Assembly (NCBI GenBank): GCA_032718475.1
Contig: JAUCBJ010002942.1
Span: 22,802-86,801, forward strand
Reading direction: 5' to 3'
DNA from: Nemertoderma westbladi
Taxonomy: Eukaryota; Animalia; Xenacoelomorpha
Length of the DNA: 64,000 nucleotides
Below, piece after piece: positions 34,893-49,395 of this stretch (position 1 is the first letter of the stretch; each line of letters starts with the position of its first letter). The position numbers and the translations under genes were made by a program. Under the pieces are notes generated by a model that worked only from the letters and a program-made list of their open reading frames with translations, made no database searches and was not told the origin of the DNA.

Positions 34893-37448
34893 TTAAGAGG
34901 GGTCGTCATATCCCACAGAATCTTTTTTCATCTTCCTATAATGTTTTGATGTTATGATGAGAAACACCATGGCAACAATGGTTGAAACAGCAATCCACCC
35001 AGTAGCGAACCACATCCCGTTGATTGTTGTCAGTGTTCCAGAACATATGGATCCAGCCACACCCCGGTAAACATTCCATATTGGCAAACATTTGGCAAAC
35101 TCTGTTTTTATCACCGAATCCTTGTCAGCCAGCACATGGTTCATGAAGGCACCGAGGTAGCCTTGGAAATCAGTTAGGATTTTATCAAAAACTGGGCAAT
35201 TATTTGTAGTTAGACATTTGGCTATTAAAGCAGCTTTCTCGCCATCTAGATTCGCCTTGAACGTTGTTGTTTGTGTCTTGAATGTGCCTGATGCTGTAGT
35301 GTAAGCGTCATACGCGGTCTTTGCTGCATCTTTCTTACTTTTCGCTGTTGCCCCTTCAATAGTTGCGATACTCAACAGACTGGCATATATCGGATCAACT
35401 TCTACATTTTTCTCCCCATGAGCTCCACCAGGACTGATAGTGAAATCCATCACTTTTCCGACAATAGTTGCAGCGGGGGCGGCGCCATCAGCAAATTCAA
35501 TTCCATCGCCCAGTGCATTACAATCAGTAACTGGTGTATGGTGAGTAGCTAAGTCAACACATTCGCCGTAGTTTAACGTTGAAGTAATTAATGTTTGAGC
35601 TGCAGCATCAATGAAAAGGGGAGGGGTACCCGTTTCAATTGTATTTAAATTATCAAAAACAGGGTCCCCAGCTGAGCCATATAGATTTGGTGAACCTGCT
35701 AAAAAAGTAACCAGTGACGATTTGGCTGCATCAAAGCCACTCGAGGCCTGGCCCATTATCGTCGCAGGGTCTATGGTTGATTCAATAGATTTCATTGCGT
35801 CCATGTTTCCTAACGACAGCGCTTCATAAATACCTTTGTTTTCTTTGCATCCGTTAATCGTGTTTAAAATTCCGCCACCAGGGACAATACCAGCCAGCGG
35901 GTCAGGAAAGGCTGGGGGATTTCCACTAAAAATGTCTTCAATAATTTTTCCTGATTCTAGATCCGAGCAAATCGCAGAGAATGGAACTAATATGGTAAAT
36001 GGCATGACTGTGAGGAACATGAGTAGCCAAACAATGAATACTCCAAATATTATGGCAATTGGCATCATCAAACATCCACCACAGTCGCTCAACATGTTAC
36101 GTTTGGTGGGTTTAACTTTTCGGTAGCCAATAAGGCCTAGCAGAAATCCAACCAATGATAACACTGGTATAAGAGCACCAAGGGCGAATAGGCCCAGTCC
36201 TATATAAGTCCGATATGGATCTATGGCACCTATGCTGTCTCCTATTGATGATACCTGTTGGAACATATCAAACATGGAATTCATGCTATCTATTGATGAT
36301 GTCACAGATGTTAACATGCTGCTGATGTCTACATTGTCAATGGCGGTTTTGGCAGTCGCAATTCCAGCGTTAACTTGTGTATGTATATCTCCACCATATG
36401 TATCTGCAATCGATTTAAACGTTGGAGCAGGTGGTGTAGTTATTGAAGATACAGAAGTAATGGGAATCGGGCTCACTGCAGTCATAGAAGTTAAACTTTT
36501 CAGAGGTTCTATAGCGGAATTTTTTAGAGTGGCACAACATGCCAATCCTACTATATTGTCCGTTTCGGTTTTAATCTTCGCCAGGGCGTCATTGTACGCC
36601 GTCATGTAATCAGTGTATTTTGTCACAAAATCGTCGAAACTAGCTTGAAACGTTTTGGCTTCTGCCGTGTAGGTATTCACATGGGTATCTATCGCAGAAA
36701 CAGATACAAGTAGCGGGTTAGCTAAAACAACGCCAGTTTCATCTAATTTGATTTTGAACCAATTTTTGAAGTCGCTGAACTGAGTGCCAAGAAGCCACTC
36801 GAGTTGACTTACGGTGTTGGTGACGAAACTCATCATGTCGGAAGGAACATCTGTTCCTAGGACTTGCAGCAGGTTTGATGGAACTTGAGCTGTCATCACC
36901 TCATTGTTCTTGTAAGCGAGAGCAGCTCCTGTCAACGCGATAACAAGAACACCGATTGTTATCAATGTCAACACCAAGCAGATGAGAAAATTTGAATCGC
37001 TTTGCTTCATATTACCACCACACTTTCCGCAACATCTACAACAACAAAATGCCGAGCAAATTGGACACCAGAAAGTGATTACCAGAATTCCTAAAGCAAC
37101 TCCTATAAGGTATCCAAGGAATGATACCACTTGCTTCTGTAGCAGTGGCATGATTTTGCTTGAATCAATTCCACCACCATTCATCATCGGACCCACAAGA
37201 TCAGTCATGATGTCTTTTGTGGGAAGCTCCTTAATTGACATGGAAACCATAAGGTTTACCATATCGTAGTACGGTGCCATGGAGCCAAAATCGTTCGTTA
37301 ATGTCTCGTCTGTGAGCTTGTAGGCTTTCTCTGGAGATGGGAGCGGGGCGAAGACAGGATTACCAGCTGCATCACTGGTCACAGTCGTGGATGAAACGGT
37401 TGCAGCCATTGTGGCCACTAAACATATCGAAAACCAGCGAGTTCCCAT
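34893..37448 (-). CDS. Prominin-family pentaspan membrane glycoprotein, intronless, copy 2 (851 aa)
   Basis: Same architecture as copy 1; ~33 amino-acid differences by manual comparison. Confidence 0.88.
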   Translation of the reverse strand: MGTRWFSICLVATMAATVSSTTVTSDAAGNPVFAPLPSPEKAYKLTDETLTNDFGSMAPYYDMVNLMVSMSIKELPTKDIMTDLVGPMMNGGGIDSSKIMPLLQKQVVSFLGYLIGVALGILVITFWCPICSAFCCCRCCGKCGGNMKQSDSNFLICLVLTLITIGVLVIALTGAALAYKNNEVMTAQVPSNLLQVLGTDVPSDMMSFVTNTVSQLEWLLGTQFSDFKNWFKIKLDETGVVLANPLLVSVSAIDTHVNTYTAEAKTFQASFDDFVTKYTDYMTAYNDALAKIKTETDNIVGLACCATLKNSAIEPLKSLTSMTAVSPIPITSVSSITTPPAPTFKSIADTYGGDIHTQVNAGIATAKTAIDNVDISSMLTSVTSSIDSMNSMFDMFQQVSSIGDSIGAIDPYRTYIGLGLFALGALIPVLSLVGFLLGLIGYRKVKPTKRNMLSDCGGCLMMPIAIIFGVFIVWLLMFLTVMPFTILVPFSAICSDLESGKIIEDIFSGNPPAFPDPLAGIVPGGGILNTINGCKENKGIYEALSLGNMDAMKSIESTIDPATIMGQASSGFDAAKSSLVTFLAGSPNLYGSAGDPVFDNLNTIETGTPPLFIDAAAQTLITSTLNYGECVDLATHHTPVTDCNALGDGIEFADGAAPAATIVGKVMDFTISPGGAHGEKNVEVDPIYASLLSIATIEGATAKSKKDAAKTAYDAYTTASGTFKTQTTTFKANLDGEKAALIAKCLTTNNCPVFDKILTDFQGYLGAFMNHVLADKDSVIKTEFAKCLPIWNVYRGVAGSICSGTLTTINGMWFATGWIAVSTIVAMVFLIITSKHYRKMKKDSVGYDDPS

Positions 37449-38361
37449 ATTTTTTGACAGAAAGTTCGATAAATTATGTCGCCTGATTTATCAATATACT
37501 ATGGTTCAACTTTAACTATTCAAAGTTTAAAGAAAATCCAGTAGGATGGATAACTATAAGTAAGCGCTGGTTTATTGGGGGTAATTATAGAAATATGTAG
37601 CCAAGTTTAATTCAACCATGTTATAGTCGAAGTTGACGGCTTATTGGAATTAGGGGTTATTGGAATTATGAACTATGCATAGAATTCCGTCCTATCATGC
37701 CAAAAGTTTCACAAGTGCTTTTTGATGACGTATGCATATTGGTTGACACATGTGTGCTACCTACATGGTCATAATTGTTCAAACTTGATCGCCCCGGGAC
37801 ATGAAAGCCATGATGGTGACTGATTGGTGACTAACTGCAATGCAATAGACATAACTAATCGCGATCTTGTTTTTGATACAGTATGTTGTCATCTATTTAT
37901 AAAATAATATACTTTATTCCACAATATTTATTAGTATTAATAGCGAGGTGTTTATTTAGCATATTAACACAATAGACTACAATAAAGCAAAACACAATAA
38001 TTATATAATATATTCAATGGTTAGGTAGACTTTACTGGTAGAAGAGATAGCTCCTTTATGACTATTGTACCACCTGTTTTCCTTTTACCTATTCCTAACA
38101 GAGAGGATTCATTGATCCACATCACTCGTATTCAATATATTTTGTTGTTTTTGTTATTTTTACAGAGAGAAATAAAGGAAACAAAATTGAAAGGGGCTAG
38201 GGTTGAACACAAATCAATGTTCCCGGCGGGAGTGGGGAATCATTAAGGGGACATGGTACCCTGCAAATTTTCACAAAAAACTTTTTTTATCAAAAAATGT
38301 TTTTTATTGAATCAAGGTCAAAAATTTTCGTAGATTACACAAATTGAAACCTTGAAGTCAT

Positions 38362-40200
<1,839 letters not shown>

Positions 40201-42328
40201 TCCAAATTTTGGCACATTTGAAAAATTGTAAACAGAAAAATTTGGCGGGAAGGTTTGAAATCTTTGAATGGCTTTTTCTCTAAAAGTTATTTTTCGTGTT
40301 TTTTTTTACACAAACGTAAATTTTTCTCAGGAACTACCAGATGAAATTTTATGAAATTTTCAATGCTTCTCAGCATCAATGATATCTACCCGTGGAACCT
40401 CTAACATTTCAGATTTTTTTGTCAGCTTCATGTTTTTTTTTATGATTTATGTCATTTTTTTTTAAAAATACCAGTAATTTTCAAAAAATTGTCTTATTTT
40501 TGACGGAAATTAATTTTTTCCGAATTTTTTGAGGTTCCACACTTGTCCGGATAGGTGGTCTATCCGAGTTCCGAGTATCAGAGTTCCAAATTTCATAACA
40601 TTTCATTGAGCAGTTCATTAGGAACCGAAGGTTACTTTCTGTAAGAATTTGATGTAATAATAGTAATAGTAATAGTAATAATAGTAATATTTTGAAGCGA
40701 AATAACATAAAAGCGGCTCTAACGATTTCGTTAAAATTTTGCATGACGCATTTTTTTGATGATCACTATCGATTCCAGCTGGTCCCATGTCTGTCCATAG
40801 AATGTTGGTTCGAAAAATAGACATAAACGAAAAAACGCCATAGGCGCAATGATAAAACACCAGCTGGAGCACATGAAAAATGTATAGAGAGGGCCTAGTG
40901 ATTCTATTCAATAGAGAAGGGGCCAACTAACAAGGATGTACTTTCTGTGCCAAGTTTTTATTTAATTAATCACTCTTTCAACCCAGACTATAAGCAAACA
41001 TTAACTTGGTTAGTTTGTAATCTATTATCCCATCAGCTGAATAACTCTCCCCAGTGCTTTCTATGGGAATATCTACAAGGTGACTGACTCACTGCGTGCG
41101 CTATGTTAGGTGGTGGGTTAGTGGAATGAATTTTAGTTACACACATAGGATGCTTCTGATGAGTGTTGGTTACTAATGGTACTATACTCAGCTAATAATA
41201 ATAATTGATGTATTTAAAAATCCGAGAGGGAGGGAGTTAATGACTTGCTTGGCAAACATTAATTATATTAATCTGTCAAACCAGAGGGAATACAGAGTGA
41301 AATCTACCTGTCTCTGTATAACATTTTACCCAGCTGATAGCTCCTTTAATCCAACACAAACTGTTGCCCTGGATTCAATGAATGCGAATGTCTATTACAG
41401 TAGGTTCCTAGGAAAAGCTGGCCATCTGAATGACTTTTTAGTTATAGAGTGTACACGAGTGAGGCCTTCGTGCAGCAGAAGCTGCAGCGGCAACCCATCT
41501 CAGCTAATAAATATAATTATACTATGGCTCGTTATATATTCTGATATTGGCTTCCGACACACACACTGAAACCTACACCTAAGTTCACTGTTGACTCGCA
41601 GTTCTAACTCGCCATATATGTACTGTTAACTGTAGGGTACTATTAATAAACTATACTAATAGTGGCAATGTTAAATTAAAATTAGAGTTTGGAGGTTTAA
41701 TTATGTTTTTGCAATATTAATACTATGAGTGGTGTTTTGTATCAGATATAATTTTGATGTAGACAGGAGATGGTGTCCTAACTGCTTTAATAATTATTAG
41801 GAACAGATTATGAGAATATTAGAATTGTTTGCTAACTAACTTTGTTCACTACCTTGGTGCAATTTTTTATTCTAAATGCTGAACATGTGCAACTTACAAT
41901 ATTAGTATAGGTAGTGCTGGCTGATACTGGGTGCTCATATTTGCAACCATTTGTAACAAATTGTAACCAGGGAAATCAATTCGTGACAAGGTGCTCATAT
42001 TTTTAACCAAACACATTGATTCGTAATGCGGAAATACAGATTTGTAACCAGGTATTCAAATTCGTAATTGGAAATCCAAATTTGTAACCAGGCGCTCAGA
42101 TTCGAAACTGGTTTAGAGTTGATATCCTGAAAAAAAAAGTTTGCAAAAAAGTTTGAAAAAAAATATTAGTTTCGGTTTGGTTTAACTTCGGTTCCTTCAC
42201 GGCGTCTTGACGCCGTCTTTAATTCAAAAAGTGTACCTTTGTTTGACTTACGTTTGTTAAGGAAATGGGCAGGGTACCATGTCCCCTTAACCTTATAATT
42301 TTTTTTGTAATTCGTCTGTATCTTTGAG

Positions 42329-42765
42329 TCAATCTTTGTCATCCATGTAAATATCCCGTTTGATGTTGTCGATAACCGCTTTAAAGAACGCGTCTCTATT
42401 ATCGTCGGCAGTGGTACGCACTACCGAACAAGCGTTCGAGGGGCTAGATATGATCCCGAAAGCCTGGATGGTCATCCAGTTCTCCACCGGTTCTCGGTTG
42501 AGGTTTCCTTCAGGCCACCACAAAAATCGTAGGCCATCTCGATCCCTAGGTAAGCTTTAACCTGTAGAAACATGCCTTCAATGTCGGAGGCGAAGGCGAT
42601 AGAATATTGCCGGAGTCGTAATAATATTCCCAATAAAGATTGGAGTAAGTTGGGTCCCGGCAACAGTTCCGAGTTTAGGGATTGTCCCATATAAAGGGCG
42701 GAGCCGTCGAACACTACCCAGACTTCGTTTGGTTTACCGGGCTTAGGAACGTAATGATGGGTCAA
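42329..42765 (-). mobile_element. BEL/Pao reverse transcriptase fragment
   Basis: KPGK..VVFDGSA..SLNSELLPGPNL..DIEGMFLQV..FLWW..FG..SSP..YMDD across a frameshift. Confidence 0.85.
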
Positions 42766-43809
42766 GTAATATGTTCTTTCCGTTACTCAATTTTTATGCA
42801 TGTTTTTATCCTTTTTCAAAATTCGATTTGGTTACGTATGGAAAATTCCTTAATTTGGACATTACTAGCTCAAACAGATGTTCCCCGACTTAAATCAAAC
42901 AAAGTTTGTGCTAGGACCAAGGTGGCTAGGACATACATGGAAGTGTCGGCTTTCCACAAAGTGAAACATTTGATTATATGCCTAGACATTCTCGTTTACT
43001 TGAGCTTAGAATGCAAAGTAACGTATGGAACGCAGAAAAAAGGGCTAAATTTGCAAAGTTACAGACATTCAAATTCTTAGTTTGATATATGTAGGTTTTT
43101 CTTTCTATTATCACATAGCCATATATTCGAGGATCTCTGGCAAACATAAACCAATATTATATGATGAACCTTTCAAAAAATATACACATTGCAGTGACTG
43201 AAGTCGTTGGTAACGCATGGACAGTAAAGTATGGACAAAAGGACGCCTTTTATATTTTGAGTTATACTGTAAAATTAAGGTATTGGAGCCATTTTGCAAG
43301 CAAGCCGAGACACATAGTCACGCTATGATATTATTAAATGCTGCCAGTTATTAATTACACCTTAATCAATCACTCTGGCTCATGTCTTTTACAGGTATTT
43401 TGGGAAGCAGTAAATAAATTAAAAAAAGTTACTTCAAATTAAATGTTGATACTTTTTCGTCGCTATACCGTCTTTGTAGTGTACACTGTACGTGTACAGT
43501 GTGCATTGTTTTGAACGTGGTTAATGGAGGTAATTACATGAAATTGGTCAAGCAACGTATGTAATTGTTATAAACTAGGTAATTTAGTGACATAATATTA
43601 TTTTGAAATCAAATTATTATTATTCTGATTGTAGGTCGGGCTAAAATTAATTAGCACCAATAAGGAAATAATTAATAGCACAAATGATTGGCAATATAAT
43701 AATTAGTTCAACTAGGCTGACCTACTGTGTGTAGGCCTGCCTTCTTTTTTTTATTATAAAAACTATGTTTATTTGAACACGATGATCAAATTTTGGCCAA
43801 AAATTAAGT

Positions 43810-44240
43810 ACAATTTGTGCGCGTTCTAGTGAGCCGTCCGTCGTCGTTGGCGTTGGAAATGTTTGAACGCTAATAAGTCGGTCAATCATGGATGAAATGG
43901 AACCAAACTTGGTACACATGTAGTCTTTCAAACGTTTAGAAATTCTCCACAAAGACAGATTTCTTTAGTTCATATGTCTGCCGCTAGGGGGCGAATTGAC
44001 AGAAACGCAGAATTAGCTGTACTTATAGAACGAACTAACCATCAGATTCATCTGAAATTTGGTAGCAGTAACCTACGAGCATTGCTTAATTATAAATTCT
44101 AAACAGTACAGACTTCTACATTTCCTCTGTCTGCCGTTAGGGGGCGAATTGACAGAAACATAAAAGTAGCTGTAAGAGAACCAATCAGATTCATCTGAAA
44201 GTTGGAGTAGTGACCTACAATCATTGCTTAAATAGAACTG
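43810..44240. mobile_element. DINE/HINE-like dispersed repeat with ~150-bp internal duplication
   Basis: ccgtccgtcgtcg head; duplicated tgtctgccg(c/t)tagggggcgaattgacagaaac..aatcagattcatctgaaa. Confidence 0.45.
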
Positions 44241-44639
44241 GTAGAGACAAGCTTACTGTGAGCTATTGTAGGTACATATAGTAGTTGATTATGCCTTGTG
44301 ACCTGTAGATGGTGCTAGGATATTATTTTCATTCAGTCATGCTGTAGTACTGTACACTGCGGCCTATGTAAAGCCATGGCCCTACTGTAGTTGGTGTACC
44401 GGTACCACCCTGGCAGTCACATCAGAGGCTGATTATATATGTTATATATGCATGATACATGGCACATTAATGCATCCTACGCGGTTCCCTGAACCCCTCC
44501 TCCTCCCCCCGCACTAGTAAATAGGGATTGAATCACACCGGATCCTCACTGGTGCCCCACGGCCTTTACTGGTGGGCTAATAAGGTTTTTTCCTCTCCCG
44601 ATGCCACGCAAGAAACCGCAGCCAGACCGCATCAACTCC

Positions 44640-46130
44640 GAAATGGACAAGGCTCAAGACAACGGCCTCACAGAGGAGGCCGCAGACCCACCATTCAACC
44701 TTGACTCCTCGCGTGCATCCTGCTAGCCCAATCTGAGGCTGCGGACCACCGCGCAGCTGAGTCCAAGGCGCGAATTCTCCGCTTCCTCCAGAAGGCGCTG
44801 GGCAATGCCGCTATACAGCCAGCCAATGCCGCGCCCCAGGCAACCAACCCACCAAACACCCGTCGCTTAATAAACACCTCGTTGATGGACAAAGTGGACT
44901 GCGAGATGTCATATGCCACCTTACAATGGTGGCGCAGCGTCTAGCAGGTGAATTGCCAACGCCAACAGTTCAACACCTACCCCCAACAGAGTCATGTCTA
45001 CTTTCTCCTCTTCATACCGCGTCGAGCTGGAAGAGCTGGCCAATGATATGCAGCTCTGCAAGTACTGCCACAACTACAAGCTCGCGATGGGGTCCAGGCT
45101 GACCATGGTAAGGTACGCGCAATCACCTTGTTCCCGCACCCTGCGAATATCACTGACCTTCGCAGCTTTGTGGGGTTGGTGGAGCAACTTGCTTCCTTCT
45201 CTCACGGGATATTGAGCACTATGGCGCCCCTCCTCAGTCCCGGGAACCAGTTCCTGTGGAACAATTACCACGAGCAGGAGTTCAAAGACACAAAGACTTG
45301 ACTCGTGACGACACCCATTCTGGCACCGTACGACCCCGCACTATCTAGGCACGGTACTGGAGATTGACGCCTTGTGACTACACGGCCTTGAATACATGCT
45401 GCTCCAGTGCCATGACTCTGACTGGTGACTCATCGAGTGCGGATCTCGGTTCGTCACTGACACTGAATCCCAGTATGGGATGGTGGAGCTAGAGCTGCTT
45501 GCGCTCATCTGGGCTGTGGAGAAATGCCGACTGTATCTGTTGGACCTCGACAACTTTACCGTGGTAAGCGACTACCAACCCCTTGTTACCATAGTGGATG
45601 AATATACATGAGATGCGACGGACAATACGCGACTCCAACGACTCAAAACCTGCTTGGCACCGTACATGCTCTCCATGACGTAGTGCAAGGGCAAGAAACC
45701 GTATCGCCTAAACCCTACCAGACACCCTATCCCATTCCCCCATCGATGACCCCACACCCACCGACAACATGGACAATGGCGAGATGGCTGTCTATGTCCG
45801 GGCCATAACCGAGTCTGTCACTCGCAACCCTCAATGATGCCATCCCCAGCCCTCCACTGGCCCCCTCCTCGTCCAGTTGTCCCGCATGGCACGCGATGAT
45901 GACGACTACTGCACTTTATGATCCACAGTCGAGTCCAGGTTCCCCAATGCCACCACACATGGCCTTGACAAGACCAGGGGGGGACGTCTCTTCCACACCC
46001 TCCTTGAAGGCCTCCTCGAACTTCGAAACTCACCAAAGGAGCACGGACTATCCCCCACTGATATCTTGTTCAGACAGGGTTCCTGGACACCACTCTGCCT
46101 TCATGCAAACCCACCAGGAAGCACAGACAG
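44640..46130 (+). mobile_element. Decayed GC-rich Gypsy fragment (RT connection/RNase H)
   Basis: Translation through stops: TTPILAPYDP, LIECGSRFVTDTESQYGMVELELLALIWAVEKCRLYL, VSDYQPLV, RLQRLK. Confidence 0.8.
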
Positions 46131-48312
46131 CCTGTAAAAGCTTTTGCGGACATAACAAGTCATTTTTATGCAATGCGCTGAATACTCTAAAAAGGCCTAA
46201 AATTGTTCAACTATGCGTCGGTCAGAAATTAGAACCAAGATGACGAAATCTGTCAGCTGATTCTTTGTGTACATGGAGGTTTCTTTGTTTGGGCCTATTC
46301 AGCCAATCAGAGCAATCTCCCAGTTATACCAATAGAGACCTACCTGTGGAAATCGGCCCATGCGCAGTTATAGTTTTTCTGAGAATCCAATTCCTTTCTG
46401 GATTCAGTACTAAGTACAGACGTTTCAGACTTTGGCCCAAGAACATCTGATGGCTGGAGTTATAAGAACGTATATCAGTATATCTATTCACTTAATATAC
46501 GACCCTGTTTTATGTTGCATACGAACATCACATCATAACACATACTGACTCTGTTCACCGCACTGTTTTAATGCTGTTTTATATTGTTGTTAATTGCTGT
46601 TTATATTAATGGATGTTATATTTGTAGAGTACCGATAAAATCGTTAACCCCTCAACTTTCTTAATTACTGAGGTAAGCAGAAACCGGTAGCAACTGCGAC
46701 TCAAATTATAGTGGTTTTTGTGTGGATTAAATGTTATTTCATAATCCCTACGTGTGTCAGTTGCAATCCTCCTTATATATGATAAAAATCAGTGACGGTC
46801 GGCAAATTAGTGTGAATTAGTGTGAAGTAGTGTGAAGGTTAATAAAGCATCTCCTAAAGAATGCGCTATTTACGAGATTCCGTAGCCATCTAGTTGTGAT
46901 TAGTGTAAGTCATAACTCTGTTTTTATACTTAAAGCGCCACGTCCTAAAGGAACTGTTAATATTTCCCCGAAAGTAAATATAGTTGTCGGAGATTAATAG
47001 TAGCGATCAATCGAATAATACAAAGTAGCCTACACCGCAATAACTTCCTCTGGAACCCGAATCCAGTCTCCCACATAGTGGGTCATACGCCACGCACAGA
47101 CTGGCTTCGGCGGATGTAAATTCAGTACACCAGGTAATTTAATTGGTAAGGGCAAAAGTCGATTTATAAGTAAAGGCACATTTAACTTGGCAGGTTAACT
47201 GCTAAAAGGTCTAAAAGCGCGAACACAGCCCTCGACCTCGCGACACCCACCATTGTGGTAAGCCACAAACAGACCTAAAACTGCGGAGCCTGGAAGCTCC
47301 CTGCCCTCGCAGACGGCGATTCTGTCCGAATCCAGCACCTCCATCCTGACACTGGGACTGGACCGGCATCATCACTGAAACCCGGCCCCTCCATAAATAC
47401 ATCGTCCGATTGCCATCCGGATGTTCCCTGCCGGAAAAGTCGCCACCTGTTGTGGGACACTGCACTGTTGGTATAATGCCATAATACTTTCCTACTTTGG
47501 ACTTTTTCAAAATGAGATACAAGGACTACTACTGTTAATACTTTTTTCAATGTTTCTTGTAATTCTTGAAATTCTGTGCAATTTCTAATACAACTGCTCA
47601 GTAGAAACGAATTATCAGCTTAAATAAACAATCACTGATGGTTTCCCACACTTTAATCTATTATCTACAACATTCTATGATAAAAAATGCAATAATTAAC
47701 AATATATATTTCAATGCTTAGGGTGACCAATTTTGAAACAGGCTCACCTGTACTTTTTCGTTCTGGGTCACCAGAATGGCACCAAAATTGAGTGTGCATT
47801 ACCAGATACACATTTATAAGAAGTTTCATCGTAATCAGCGACCTTGAAAACCGGTATACTGTAACCTTCAGAAATATCAAACCAAACACAAAATTGTTTA
47901 GTTCGACATTGATTTATTTGCGCAATAATTTTTATTGTCCGTTTAAATCCTTTTTTTGTCCTTTTTTTTTATTTTTTATGTTCTCCAAAAGTCTAATGTT
48001 AGGTTCCATGCTACCGGTTTCTCTACTGCTGTTCTCTCAGGCTATCAGTACCGGTATTAGTATATATAGCACTATTTTGCTGTATTGTATGTACAGATGT
48101 AGGTATAAAGCAGGTATTTCTGTATTTTAGTACCGGCACCGGTACTGCTATAGGCCTACTGTGTAGCCTACCATTTAAATACGGTAATGGTAGGCCTACC
48201 GGTTGTGCTAATAAATTTGAAATAATTGATAGGCCAAACTGGATTGCAGGATTGTGGAAAATGTGGATATACCTTTCACATAATTTAGGCCTATTACTGT
48301 ATTAGTTTTATC

Positions 48313-48952
48313 GTCTCTGTAACCTGCCTGCTCCTTTCCCTCAATTAGTTAAATGATCGTTTATTGTTTTGGTTAGAAAATCCCGCCTCTGTAACCTGCC
48401 CCTTTCCCTCAATTAGTTAAATGATCGGTTATTGTTTTGGTTAGAAAATCCCGCCTCTGTAAACTGCTCCTTTCCCTGAATTGGTAAAGTGAACGTTTAT
48501 TGTTTTGGTTAGAAAGGCCCGCCTCTGTAACCTGCCCCTTTCCCTCAATTAGTTAAATGATCGTTTATTGTTTTGGTTAGAAAATCCCGCCTCTGTAACC
48601 TGCTCCTTTCCCTCAATTAGTTAAGTGATCGTTTATTGTTTTTGTTAGAAAATTCCGCCTCTGTAACCTGTCCCTTTCCCTCAATTAGTTAAATGATCGT
48701 TTATTGTTTTGGTTAGAAAATCCCGCCTCTGTAACCTGCTCCTTTCCTTCAATAAGTTAAGTGATCGTTTATTGTTTTGGTTAGAAAATCCCGCCTCTGT
48801 AACCTACTCCTTTCCCTCAATTAGTTAAGTGATCGTTTATTGTTTTGGTTAGAAAATCCCGTCTCTGTAACCTGCTCCTTTCCCTGATTTGGTAAAGTGA
48901 CTGTTTATTGTTTTGGTGAGAAAACTCGGCCTTAACCTGCTCCTTTCCATCA
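48313..48952. repeat. ~68-bp tandem repeat (~9 copies) related to the G-tract MITE interior
   Basis: Unit ctctgtaacctgctcctttccctcaattag..tttattgttttggttagaaaatcccgc; reverse complement shares agggaaaggagcaggttacag and ccaaaacaataaac with the MITE. Confidence 0.9.
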
Positions 48953-49395
48953 ATTGGAAATTGTTTTTGGCTATAAAATGAGTGTTTTGCAACGTCATGT
49001 GGTAATCGGTTATCGACAACAACCACAAACTATTAAATATAGAGTCTTTTTACCACAGGCGCATATGGAAATCTATCTCATAGTCTATAAATCATGGAAT
49101 CATGGAATGTTTTGGCACAGGCATAGTGAAATCAACTGTCTGACAGTCCAGAAATCAGCAATCTGACAGTTTGAAGAAATACATACATAAAAAGTCATTA
49201 AAAGGACAATAAAAGTCATTAAAAGGACAACAAAAGTCATTATGCATAATTCGTAAAAAAAAATGACAAAAAAAGTCAAATAAAAGGACATAAAAAATCA
49301 CTGCCATTTATTTGTATGTATTTTTCATTCTGGGAACCAAAATAGCACCAAAAATGATGGTTGCATTCGCAGAAAATATTTTTAACAAGTTTTAT

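Noticed and set aside
46134-47460. Possible LTR with PBS-like tggcttcggcggatg at ~47102
   Set aside because: LTR-like composition, but no second LTR, TSD or adjacent gag could be identified.
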